Shown: in pieces, positions 37,237 to 49,320 of the stretch | Numbering within the stretch: the stretch's first letter is position 1 | How the letters are laid out: each line of letters begins with the position of its first letter | Assembly (NCBI GenBank): GCA_951406725.2 | Contig: OX597815.1 | Span: 17,980,001-18,044,000 of the forward strand | DNA from: Octopus vulgaris | Lineage: Eukaryota | Direction of reading: 5' to 3' | DNA: 64,000 bases | The notes under the pieces: model-generated | Told to the model about the DNA's origin: nothing | Databases searched by the model: none | What the model saw: the letters and a program-made list of their open reading frames with translations, nothing else | Position numbers and translations under genes: made by a program

Positions 37237-38007
37237 TATTTCTTTACTACCCACAAGGGGCTAAACACAGAGAGGACAAGCAAGGACAGACAAACGGATT
37301 AAACGATTATATCGACCCCAGTGCGTAACTGGTACTTATTTAATCGACCCCGAAAGGATGAAAGGGAAAGTCGACCTCGGCGGAATTTGAACTCAGAACA
37401 TAGGTGCAGACGAAATACCTATTTCTTTACTACCTACAAGGGGCTGAACACAGAGAGGACAAACAAGGACAGACAAACGGATTAAACGATTATATCGACC
37501 CCACTGCGTAACTGGTACTTATTTAATCGACCCCGAAAGGATGAAAGGGAAAGTCGACCTCGGCGGAATTTGAACTCAGAACATAGGTGCAGACGAAATA
37601 CCTATTTCTTTACTACCCACAAGGGGCTAAACACAGAGAGGACAAACAAGGACAGACAAACGGATTAAACGATTATATCGACCCCAGTGCGTAACTGGTA
37701 CTTATTTAATCGACCCCGAAAGGACGAAAGGGAAAGTCGACCTCGGCGGAATTTGAACTCAGAACATAGGTGCAGACGAAATACCTATTTCTTTACTACC
37801 TACAAGGGGCTAAACACAGAGAGGACAAGCAAGGACAGACAAACGGATTAAACGATTATATCGACCCCAGTGCGTAACTGGTACTTATTTAATCGACCCC
37901 CGAAAGGATGAAAGGGAAAGTCGACCTCGGCGGAATTTGAACTCGGAACGTAACGGCAGACGAAATATGGCTACGCATTTCGCTCGGCGTGCTAACGTTT
38001 CTGCCAA
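37237..38007 (-). mobile_element. SINE family B concatemer, 4 x 183 bp, inside a probable hAT/Charlie-type MITE relic (37132-38045)
   Basis: Units at 37237, 37420, 37603 and 37786; only the last has the 5' head. Flanks carry AACCTGCGGCCCGCGGG and TTGTCTATGCCTG. Confidence 0.9.
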
Positions 38008-38560
38008 GGGCCCGCCCGATTCCCGAAAACTCTTGTCTATGCCTGCTCAAAATCAAAGGTGGGGAATCTGTGGCCGTCTGAAATATTAAACCTCCCCCCC
38101 CCATGTTTAATATTTGATTCTGGTTTGTTCAAAGACACTTCCATGTCAACATCATTATCGATTTCAGAAGACAAGCAAAAATATAAGTTCAATTATTTAC
38201 CGATTTCAGACTGCTAAGAAATATAGTTAATATTAAGGTAAATAAAACTGTTTGCATATCAAAGAAAACACACACATACATACATTACATACACACACAC
38301 AAATATACACAAACACGTATATATATATATATATCGACAGAATATAGTGTGATGTAGAATGAATGGCTGTTGAGAGACTCTCCAAATAAATAACAAGATG
38401 ACAAAAACTAATGTTTAGTGTGTCCCAACTTCACATCTGAACTGGATTTTGATTTATCAAAAGACAGCAGCCTGACAGCTAACAATATTAATGATCGTCA
38501 TCGAATATTTCTTTTTTTGTCGTTTATTTACTTGTCTACTCTGCAGTTTATTTACTTGTC

Positions 38561-39150
38561 TACTAAGAGGAAGCGATTTTACGACGAGAAGGTTTCACTT
38601 TGAAGTCGGCCTGTGTGTGTTTGATGGGGTGTGGGAGACAGACAGTATGTTGTGTAAGTGAAGTGCTTCTGTTAGTGTGTGCGAAGAGACAGAGAGAGTA
38701 ATGTGTGAAAGAGAGAGATAACTGATTTTTTACTCGGTGTATGTGTATATGTATGTATGTATGTGTGTGTGTATGTATCTATGTATGTGTGTGTGTGTAA
38801 GTATGTGTGTGTGTATGTATGTATGTATGGCCGATTCATCGTAATTTTTTACTCGGTGTATGTGTATATGTATGTCTGCATGTATGTGTGTGTGTATCTA
38901 TGTGTGTGTGTGTGTGTAAGTATGTGTGTGTGTATGTATGTATGTGTGTGTGTATGTATCTATGTATGTGTGTGTATGTATGTATGTATGGCCGATTCAT
39001 AGTAATTTTTTACTCGGTGTATGTGTATATGTATGTCTGTCTCTTCACACACACTAACAGAAGCACTTCACTTACACAACATACTGTCTGTCTCCCACAC
39101 CCCATCAAACACACACAGGCCTTCTCGTCGTAAAATCGCTTCCTCTTAGT
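38561..39150. mobile_element. Foldback element with ~115-130-bp arms around a (TG/TATG) core
   Basis: ACTAAGAGGAAGCGATTTTACGACGAGAAGG... is inverted at 39036-39150. Confidence 0.8.
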
Positions 39151-39674
39151 CTCTTTCGCTCTCATTACTTATGTAAAAAAATAAAAGTTTTTTACGGAAA
39201 TCGACGGAAATCTGTGCTACTACAACCGAAACTATGCCTTATCTTTTCAGAATTGTCTTGTTCAAGGCAAAAAAAAATACAGTGCAATATTAAGTTCTTT
39301 AACATGATTGGTGTTAACAGTGACTTCGAAGTTTTGGCCCAGAGACTGTATAAATCCATGAGGAACTTTAAATGTCCAGCGGTGTGATGAAGGCTAAGCA
39401 GGCCGAAACTTCGATGTCATAGTTAACTCTCTTCTTACTAAAGAATAATATATATATACTCTACGAAAAGTATTGAGTAATTCTTCAGTTTAATATAGAA
39501 TTGTATTGTAACACGACGTAAAAACAAATATATACACCCATATATATATATAGACACTAATAAATAAACTTACCCGTAGGCGGTAAAACAACTGTCTTTA
39601 ATGTACATAGGTTGTTATATCGACAAAATAGTAATTTTTCCTTCACGCAGTCAGTGACCTTTATACCGACTTTT

Positions 39675-40340
39675 GGTACTATTTAAAAAGAGTGGTCCCG
39701 GTGCGCGCACTCGCGCTAGCTAGTCGTGACTAGTCGATCCTAGCAAAGTAAATAAAAAAATAAATAATTTTTTTAAACAAAGTAAATAATTTGGATCTTT
39801 TCGGTTTGAACGGCAGTTTTTTAATATAATTTCCACGTAACTAAACACTTTCGAACTTCCTATACTGGTAGAATGTGTTTATAAAACATCTCTTTATCTT
39901 GGCTTTATTGAGAAAATTCTATAGTTTGTAAGATATTTGGTTTTTTTTTTTTTTTTTAAATTTCTGCAATTTCAACCAATCAATGATCGTCTATTGAGGT
40001 GAAAACATTCTGTGCCGTATGAATATGTCCCTCGTTTAAGAAACAGATTGGGTTTATTTACATTTCTGAAGAAAAAAAAGATACCCTTCCCCCACCCCTA
40101 ACCAACCCTAATCCTAAAACAGATTGAAATGCAATAGATCGATACTAGGGTAAGAATTATGGGTGACAATTTCATATGACACCGCTTGTAAAAACTGCCG
40201 TTCAAATCTAAAAGATCCAATAATTTTTGTTAAACAAAGTAAATAAAACACAAAGTAAGGATCGACTGGTCACGACTAGCTAGCGCGGATGGGCGAGTCC
40301 CCCAGTGCGCGCACCGGGACCTCTTTTCTTAAATAGTACC
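39675..40340. mobile_element. Merlin-like MITE M2 hosting an M1 (39793-40218)
   Basis: Outer TSD CGACTTTT and inner TSD AATAATTT, both perfect 8-mers. Confidence 0.9.
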
Positions 40341-40545
40341 CGACTTTTCAAGTATGCTCCAAGTCCTCAAAGCGCTTCGGCCATTAACCCACCACCGTTT
40401 ATGAGTAAGAAAAATCATCCCAGCTCTTCGTAATCATGGTGTCTTTACAGTGAACTTAAACACACTGACATCTTTGTATGTACAAGTTGTGTCACTTTAT
40501 GGAGAGCCTAGAAGCCTTTGGATATCTTCGCATATAAATAGTGAG

Positions 40546-40959
40546 GGATCTTTTCGGTTTGAACGGCAGTTTCTTCTAGCGGTGTCATATGAAATTGTCA
40601 CCCATAATTATGACCCTAGTATCGATCTATTGCATTTCAATCTGTTTTAGGGTTAGGGGTGGAGGGAAGGGTATCTTTTTTTCTTCACAAATGTAAATAA
40701 ACCCAATCTGTTTCTTAAACGAGGGACATATTCATACGGCTCAGAATGTACTTTTTACTTCAATAGACGTCATTGATTGGTTGAAATTGCAGAAATTGAA
40801 GAAAAAACAACAACAAATATCTTACAAACTATAGAATTTTCTCAATAAAGCCAAGAGAAAAAGATGTTTTATAAACACATTTTACCAGTATACGAAGTTT
40901 AAAATTTTTTAGTTACCTAGAAATTATGTTAAAAACTGCCGTTCAAACCGAAAAGATCC
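40546..40959. mobile_element. Merlin-like MITE M1
   Basis: GGATCTTTTCGGTTTGAACGGCAG TIRs. TSD AATAGTGAG/AATAGTGGG. Confidence 0.88.
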
Positions 40960-41320
40960 AATAGTGGGTCCTTAATGAGGACCTAAAAAACTTCAGGCAA
41001 TCTTTGTATTTTACATACTTTGTCCACAGAAAAAGCCTTGTATTTACTATGCAACACACCGCCAGGCATTCCCTTTCTTTGTCGAATACTTTCGGTCTTT
41101 AAATACGAAGACACTGGCTTCTCGATTTTATATATTTTCAAGGAAGAATTATTCTCTTATGTTAACAAAGCAAAACCTAAAACGAGTCAGCTAGACCCTA
41201 CGTGATCGCGTCATCTGCTAGAAACAACAGCCATATCACACTTTACTATTTTAAAATAGGTAAGAACATATTAGACTATGTGGGTCTAGACACATTGTCT
41301 TAGAAAGACGGTATGTTCAT

Positions 41321-41492
41321 GCCGTTACGTTGTGAGTTCAAATCCCGCCGAGGTCGACTTTGCCTTTCATCCTTTCGGGGTCGATAAATTAAGTTCTAGT
41401 TACGCACTGGGGTCGATGTAATCGACTTAATACCTATGTCTATCCTTGTTTGTCCCCTCTATCTTTAGCCCCTTGTGGGTAATAAAGAAATA
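41321..41492 (+). mobile_element. SINE family B, 5'-truncated
   Basis: TSD GGTATGTTCAT on both sides. Confidence 0.88.
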
Positions 41493-41824
41493 GGTATGTT
41501 CATAGTTTCAACGCCTTTCTTCATAGGTCTACCTACTCAAAGCCGACTTTAGATTAAACATCAATTTTTTTTTATATATCTAATCAAATAATAAATACTA
41601 AATAATCAAGTACTCTAACGTTTTCTTTTTCTTTTTAATTTATTAATCACTTAATGTTTCTTTGATACCGTTGGACATTAATCATTCGAAACTTTGCTAC
41701 TTATAATTGGTTCATTAATAGTAGAATTAGTCTCTTTTTTTAATGTCTTTAAGTAAGTGCCAAAAGCTCTTCGTTACCATTACAGTATGTTTCTATTTAT
41801 TAGTTTCACGACTGATGACGCGGG

Positions 41825-42489
41825 GTATCTTTACCTTTTGACCTACAGATTTAAAAAGTAATTTTTTGTAACTAAACACTTTCAAACTTCGGACACTGGT
41901 AGAATATGTAGTATAAAACATCTTTTACTCTTAGCATTTTTGAGAAAAAATTATTTTTACGAAGTAATTTCACGTTAAAGTAGTCCTATTTCGGTAATTT
42001 CAACCAATCAATGACGTGTATTCAGCTGAATAAAATTACTGCCGTTGTTTGTCAACAAGAACTTCCGGCGGTGTATTTTTCGTTTGTCACTGTTATTTAT
42101 GACATCGTTCGTGCATTTGTACTGGTTTTAGCTTTAAGGTTTTAGGGTTACGGTTAGGGCTTTAGGGTTAGGGTTTTAGGGTTAGGGTTTTAAGGTTAGG
42201 ATTAGGGTTGTCATAAATAACAGTGACAAACGAAAAATACACCACCGGAAGTTCTTCTTGACAAACAACGACAGTAATTTTATTCAGCTGAATACACGTC
42301 ATTGATTGGTTGAAATTACCGAAATAGGACTACTTTAACGTGAAATTACTTCGTAAATATAAGTTTTTCTCAAAAATGCTAAGAGTAAAAGATGTTTTAT
42401 TTGACACATTCTACCAGTGTCCGAAGTTTGAAAGTGTTTAGTTACAAAAAATAATTTTTTTAAATCTGTAGGTCAAAAGATAGAGATCC
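41825..42489. mobile_element. Merlin-like palindromic MITE (M1-related) with central (TTAGGG)-type tract
   Basis: ~285-bp near-perfect arms. TSD GACGCGGG/AACGCGGG. TTAGGG variants at 42135-42209. Confidence 0.88.
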
Positions 42490-42596
42490 AACGCGGGTTG
42501 TATTTAAATCTGAAACAGCTTTTTTATTTCATTTGAAAAATCAATCACTTTTTGATTATGAGGGACGGTTGCCTATTTATGCGTGGTAAATTTAAT

Positions 42597-43283
42597 GGAT
42601 CTTTTCCTTTTGAACGGCAGTTTTCAACACAATTTCTAGTTAACTAAACACTTTTAAACTTCGTAAACTGGTAGAATGTGTCAAAATAAAACTTTTTTCT
42701 TTTGGCTTTCTTGAGAAAATTGTAATTTGTAAGTTTAACGTAGTTTAATTTTTCGAATGTTAACCAATCGATGGCCTCTATTGAGCTAAAATCATTTGCT
42801 GCGTCTAAAACTGAGACAACATCCTGTCACTAACCATAACCCTAAATTTTAGCCTTTCGTTTTTTTTCCTAATTGTTTAATTAATTTAATTGTTACGCGT
42901 GTGTCTAAAATTATTCGTTTTGTTTTTGTTTTGAGCTTTTGCTTTCGTTTTAGCCTTTCGTTTTTTTTTTCTTAATTGCTAAATTAATTTAAGGATAACA
43001 ATTAAGAAAAAAACCAAAGGCTAAAATTTAGGGTTAGGGTTAGGGTTAGTGATAGGATGTTGTCTCAGTTTTAGACGCAGCAAATGATTTTAGCTCAATA
43101 GAGGCCATCGATTGGTTAAAATTCGAAAAATTAAACTACGTTAAACTTACAAATTACAATTTTCTTTAGAAAGCCAAGAGAAAAAATGTTTTATTTTGAC
43201 ACATTCTACCAATATACGAAGTTTAAAAGTGTTTAGTTAACTAGAAATTGTGTTGAAAACTGCCGTTCAAAAGAAAAAGATCC
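42597..43283. mobile_element. Merlin-like palindromic MITE (M1-related)
   Basis: ~270-bp arms. TSD AATTTAAT/AACTTAAT. TTAGGG x3 near 43028-43049. Confidence 0.88.
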
Positions 43284-43745
43284 AACTTAATCTTTCGTTT
43301 AGTTTAACATTACCACTTGTTATTTGGATAATTTCAGCAAAGTCTCTAGCATGAGGATAACTTATCTTCGTCTCACACTTCAGTCTTGATGCTCTGAAAA
43401 CAACTGTGGGCTGGCCTACTTTCTATGATGGGAACAATAAAAAAATTTGCTCTGTAATGCTTCATTGAAAAACAGATACGAATCCATTGACGAAAAGAAC
43501 CCACTCGACGGAAGAAAACCAGGTGGCTGGGTTTCTTCGTGGCGTCAGCTGGGATATTCGTTTTAATCATCAACATTAAAAATACTGAACACACATGAAA
43601 CGTCACGATGCTATGTTAGCTGTTTCCTATTTGAATGTCTTCTATTGTCAATAAATGACATTGTTTTTCGTTTTATTGTCTTTCGTTGCTTAAGAAGTTG
43701 AAGAAAAAAAAATGTCATGTACGATCGGTTAATAACTGATAGGCT

Positions 43746-44130
43746 TAGGCGTGGGTGGGTGTATGGTAAGAAGCTTGTCTCCCAACCACATGATTCCAAG
43801 TTCAGTCCCACTGCGTAGCACCTTGGGCAAGTGTCTTCTACCATAGCCTCAAGCCGGCCAAAGCTTTATGAGTGGATTTGGTAGGCGGAAACTGATAGAA
43901 GCCTGTCGTATGTATGTATATCTGTGCGTGTGTGTCTGTGTGTGTGTGTCCCTCCATCATAGCTTGACAACTGGTGTCTGGTACCATCCCCATAACTTAG
44001 CGGATCGACAAAAGAAACCGATAGAATAAGTACTAAAGTAAGTCCTGGTGTCAATTTGTTCCACTAAAGCACTTCAAGGCGATGCTCCAGCGTGGCCTCA
44101 GTCAAATGACTGAAACAAGTAAAAGAATAA
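43746..44130 (+). mobile_element. SINE family A (older)
   Basis: Family A head and tail. Confidence 0.8.
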
Positions 44131-44774
44131 CTGATTTAGGATATTTTCTGTTTGGCTGCTACTTTTCAATTTCTTCAATTTCTGTTCCAATTGATTTCAT
44201 ATTTGGTGTATTGGTGCAGTTTTGTAAAGTAAGCACTGACATAAAATTCATTATCGCCATAAATCAATGAATAAAAAATTAATTTTGAGTAATTTTAGTC
44301 AATCAAAAACCACACACATATCGGTGCCTGTTTCCATAGTAATAAGCCAAGCTGCTTACCAGGTGTTTTTCGGGGGAGGAGGGGATATCATTTATTAAAT
44401 GCTTAAAACATGCCGTATGAGTTGTGCTTAAAAATAACAGCTAAACAGGCCTTAAAATCATATGGGATCAGTTTCAACAGAATCAACTCACCAAGTAATG
44501 TTTCCATTGGTTTTTCAAATTGCCAACATTATTTGCCAGTCACAACTTCTGACAGAAAGCAGAAATATGTTAGGGTGGTACAAATAAAATTTTAAAATCT
44601 ATTTTGGAAAAGATTCCAATACGAGTTATTAGGGCATCTTCACAATATCAATGCAGAATCGAAGAATCATCAAACAGGATAAGTTTCGTAAATACAAGAC
44701 ATTTAGCAAACTTAAGATTTATTTACACCAACTTACGTCTGTTATATTATTCTGCGTTGATGTACACAGTTTAT

Positions 44775-45199
44775 GGATCTCTTTGGTTTGAACAGCAGTT
44801 TTTTTTAAATAATTTCCACGTAACTAAAGAATTTTAAACTTCGTATACTGGTATACTGGTAGTATATGTGTTTATAAAACATCTTTTCTCTTGGCTTTAT
44901 TGAGAAAATTCTATAGTTTGTAAGATATTTGTTGTTTTTTCTTCTTCAAATTCTGCAATTTCAACCAATCAATGACGTCTATTGAGGTAAAAAAAATAAT
45001 AACATTCTGTGCCGTATGAATATGTCTCTCGTTTAAGAAACAAATTGGGTTTATTTACATTTGAGAAAGAAAAAAGATACCTTTCCCCCTAACCCTAAAA
45101 CAGATTGAAATGCAATAGATCGATAGTAGGGTCATAATTATGGGTGACAATTTCATATGACATCGCTAGAAAAAACTGCCGTTCAAACCGAAAAGATCC
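44775..45199. mobile_element. Merlin-like MITE M1
   Basis: TIRs present. TSD CAGTTTAT/CCGTTTAT. Confidence 0.88.
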
Positions 45200-45800
45200 C
45201 CGTTTATTTTTTTTAATTTAATTTTCGCCTTAAATGTTATTTTACTATATTTTTAACGCTCGTTGTAGATAATTAATAGATACGCTACCCACAAAGTAAA
45301 ACGAATTACGGGTTCTGTGATGCACAGTAGCACCCAAATAGCTTTGAGAAGATCATTAATGAAATAAGAAAAACAAACAATATTCAGAGTGGGATTTCGT
45401 ACCGTGTAGTAAACTTAGTTCACTTGAGGTCTTACATTCACAAACACCGTCATCATTAATCAGAAAACATCTAAAAATGTTTTATCGACCATACAGCCAC
45501 CAGATGGTTGTCTAGTCTCTATTGCTTTTATTTTTAATGCTACGTATATTTGGATCTATGTATTTGCTGTCTAAACAGTAATAACACTGCAAGGCATTTC
45601 CAACTCCAGCTGTCGACAGGCGGGCAGATCATAACTTCAGCAGTTTTAATACCAGTCGTTACAGAACGGAGCCGGAGAGTATATAAGAAGTACATATACC
45701 AGACTAATAAAAATAAAACATAACATTAAATCATATAAGATTATCGATGGACATGTTTTTTTTTTGTTTTTAGTCCATGTTTTTCTGATTAGGAATATTG

Positions 45801-46588
45801 GGATCTTTTCGGTTTGAACGGCAGTTTTTCCTAGCGGTGTCATATGAAATTGTCACCCATAATTATTACCCTAGTATCGATCTATTGCATTTCAATCTGT
45901 TTTAGGGTTTGGTGTGAGGGGAAGAGTATCTTTTTTTCTTCAGAAATGTAAATAAACCCAATCTGTTTGTTAAACGAGGGGACATATTCATACGGCACAG
46001 AATGTTTTTTTTTACCTCAATAGACGTCAGTGATTGGTTGAAATTGCAGAAATTGAAAAAAAACAACAAAACAACAAATATCTTACAAACTATAGAATTT
46101 TCTCAATAAAGACAAGAGAAAAAGATGTTTTACAAACACATTCTACCAGTATACGAAGTTTAAAAGTGTTTAGTTACTCTTTTACTTGTTTCAGTCATTT
46201 GACTGCGGCCATGCTGGAGCACCGCCTTTAGTCGAGCAAATCGACCCCAGGACTTATTCTTTGTAAGCCCAGTACTTATTCTATCGGTCTCTTTTGCCGA
46301 ACCGCTAAGTGTCGGTTGTCAAGCAATGCTAGGGGGACAAACACAGACACACACATACATATATATATATATACATATATACGACAGGCTTCTTTCAATT
46401 TCCATCTACCAAATCCACTCACAAGGCATTGGTCGGCCCGAGGCTATAGCAGAAGACACTTGCCCAAGATGCCACGCAGTGGGACTGAACCCGGAACCAT
46501 GTGGTTGGTAAGCAAGCTACTTACCACACAGCCACTCCTGCGCCTGTGGAAATTATTTTAAAAACTGCCATTCAAACCGAAAAGATCC
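45801..46588. mobile_element. Merlin-like MITE M1 interrupted by SINE A (46174-46545, -)
   Basis: Both TIRs present; SINE inserted near the right TIR. Confidence 0.85.
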
Positions 46589-47127
46589 CCTTAAAACATA
46601 TAAGATCATCGATGGACATGTTTTTCTGATTAGGAATATTGTAACTCAAGTTAGTGGCATGGATTTAACGAAAGTCATTTATGCTACAGTTTTGAATGAC
46701 GTACACAAAAAATTCTTAATGAATTGACATGTTTCTCCTAGTTAGAGACAGGGAAAGGGAAAAACTAGCGGCATTCGTTAGCAACTCGCAAAGAAACGAA
46801 AAATGTCCTTAAATTAAGAACCAGTTTTAAGTCAAATTCTTGTGCTGAGAGGAAAATATCTTTGTTAGCGGAGATTGTGATCTCATTAAATCTGTTCAGC
46901 TAATCAATCACAACATGAAACTACTTCATCAATAAACATAGGTTTGTATATACAGGAAAAAAAAAAGGTCAACGAATAATTGCTCGGGATTAAGGCATAG
47001 TTCGTATATATATTACAGTGATGTTGAAACATGTGATACAGGAAAGTGCAGCATTGACGACAAAATATTTGTGGAGTAAATGATGGGCTAATTCAATTAA
47101 GGAACATGTCCGTTTGGTGGATTCCAG

Positions 47128-47636
47128 GGTATTACTTAAGAAGAGTGGTCCCGGTGCGCGCACTTGCACATCCGCGCTAGCTAGTCGTGACTAGTCGATC
47201 CTACAACTAGCAAAATAAATAAAATACAAAATAAATATTTTACGGAAATGTACTTGCATAGCGAGTGACTTGATCTGAGATCGTGTGCTGGAACGAAAAT
47301 AATTGCAGCGTGGAAGGTGTTTATAAGCCATTTAAGAAACACACAAAAACCGTTAGATTCACTTCAACATTTAAATTTAATTTGTCAAAATATTTTCATC
47401 GCTTAGAGACCGCGACCTGTTCACTGACAAATGTTGAAGTGAATCTAACGGTTTTTGTGTGTTTCTTAAATGGTTTATAAACACCTTCCATTCTGCAAAA
47501 TAAATATTTTTTTACACAAAGTAAATAATTTTTCTAAACAAAGTAAATAAAATACAAAAACACAAAGTAAGGATCGACTAGTCACGACTTGGTAACGCGA
47601 GTGCGTGCACCGGGACCACTCTTCTTAAGTCGTACC
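47128..47636. mobile_element. Merlin-like MITE M2 hosting a Penelope-like inverted-repeat insert (47242-47497)
   Basis: TSD GGATTCCAG/GGATTTCAG. Insert arms 47304-47372 / 47429-47497, flanked by duplicated CAAAATAAATATTTT. Confidence 0.85.
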
Positions 47637-48084
47637 GGATTTCAGACCCTAATCTGTCATGGAAAATTGATGGGGCGTGGGGAGAGTATGTGATTTTTGA
47701 ACGCACTGAAAAGCTGTCAGTGAATATACTCTCTTTTGCGGAGATCTGCACTGTGTCTAACACGACCCGTTGTATGGTTGACAGTCGAATGAATGTAGAT
47801 GGAATGGAGATATTGTATGTAAATGGGTACATTCCAGAAAGGGGCTGCAATGGGAGACGGCAACGAGAAAGTGAACTGTTGAAATGATGCAGAAGGCGAA
47901 AGGTTGACATTGGTTGCTGGTGTGGCTGTAGATTAAGAAACTTAAACTGAGCCTATGCAAACACATGAGAATAGGCAGTAATGAAATACTTCAAAAAAAT
48001 GAGGTGTAATGGCTTACTGCGTGGTTGGTGGGAGTAATTGGAGAATATGCTTTGATACTGAGGTCCATGCAGGAAACTGCTTTG

Positions 48085-48200
48085 TTGGTGCAGTCTTCGG
48101 GTTTGTTGGTATTAAGCCGAAATGGTATCCTTCTTCACCATTCACAAAGAGCAGTGGATAATGGAGCGCGTCATAGGATGTATTAATTCCGACAAAACCA
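48085..48200 (-). pseudogene. Helitron Rep-region fragment
   Basis: Minus strand SYDALHYPLLFVNGEEGYHF matches the conserved SYDxLQYPLLFxxGExG motif of Helitron RepHel proteins. Confidence 0.75.
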
Positions 48201-49320
48201 CTTGGTAAACCATATTCTTTGTTTTCCCTTCGTTTAAGAAATAGATTGGGTTTATTTACATTTGTGAAGAAAAAAAGATACCCTTTCCCCCACCCGTAAC
48301 CCTAACCCTAACTAAACCTAAAACAGATTGAAATGCAATAGATCGATACTAGGGTCATAATTATGGGTGACAATTTCATATGACACCGCTAGTAAAAAAT
48401 GCCGTTCAAACCGAAAGGATCTCTGCATTGATATTGTGAAGATACCCTAATAACTCATACTGGAATCTTTTCAAAAACAGATTTTAAACTTTTATTTGTA
48501 CCACCCTAAAATATTTCTGCTTTCTGTCAGAAGTTGTGACCAGCAAATAATATCGGCAATTTGAAAAACCAATGGAAACATTACTTGGTGAGTTGATTCT
48601 GTTGAAACTGATCCCGTGTGATTTTAAGGCCTGTTTAGCTGTTATTTTTAAGCACAACTCATACGGCATGTGTTTTAAGGATTTAATAAATGACACAAAA
48701 AGGATCACACACACACATCATAGGATGCATTAATTCCTACGAAACCTCTTGGTAAACAATATTCTTTGTTTTCCCTTCGTTTAAGAAATAGATTGGGTTT
48801 ATTTACATTTGTGAAGAAAAAAAGATACCCTTTCCCCCACCCGTAACCCTAACCCTAACTAAACCTAAAACAGATTGAAATGCAATAGATCGATACTAGG
48901 GTCATAATTATGGGTGACAATTTCATATGACACCGCTAGTAAAAAATGCCGTTCAAACCGAAAGGATCTCTGCATTGATATTGTGAAGATACCCTAATAA
49001 CTCGTACTGGAATCTTTTCAAAAACAGATTTTAAACTTTTATTTGTACCACCCTAAAATATTTCTGCTTTCTGTCAGAAGTTGTGACCAGCAAATAATAT
49101 CGGCAATTTGAAAAACCAATGGAAACATTACTTGGTGAGTTGATTCTGTTGAAACTGATCCCGTGTGATTTTAAAGGCCTGTTTAGCTGTTATTTTTAAG
49201 CACAACTCATACGGCATGTGTTTTAAGGATTTAATAAATGACACAAAAAGGATCACACACACACATCGTAGGATGCATTAATTCCTACGAAACCTCTTGG
49301 TAAACAATATTCTTTGTTTT
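48172..49320. repeat. Chimeric ~547-bp tandem duplication (2 copies plus a partial)
   Basis: Units start at 48172, 48719 and 49267. Each is a Helitron piece, half an M1 MITE and an inverted copy of 44390-44657. Confidence 0.9.

Noticed and set aside
43373-43606. 77-aa ORF in CpG-rich unique sequence
   Set aside because: No recognisable motif or splice context; starts at a non-ATG codon.
46765-46800. Possible Helitron 3' end (CTAG plus weak hairpin) for the 48-50 kb fragments
   Set aside because: The hairpin is only 6 bp with a long loop; it cannot be linked to the fragments without a consensus.
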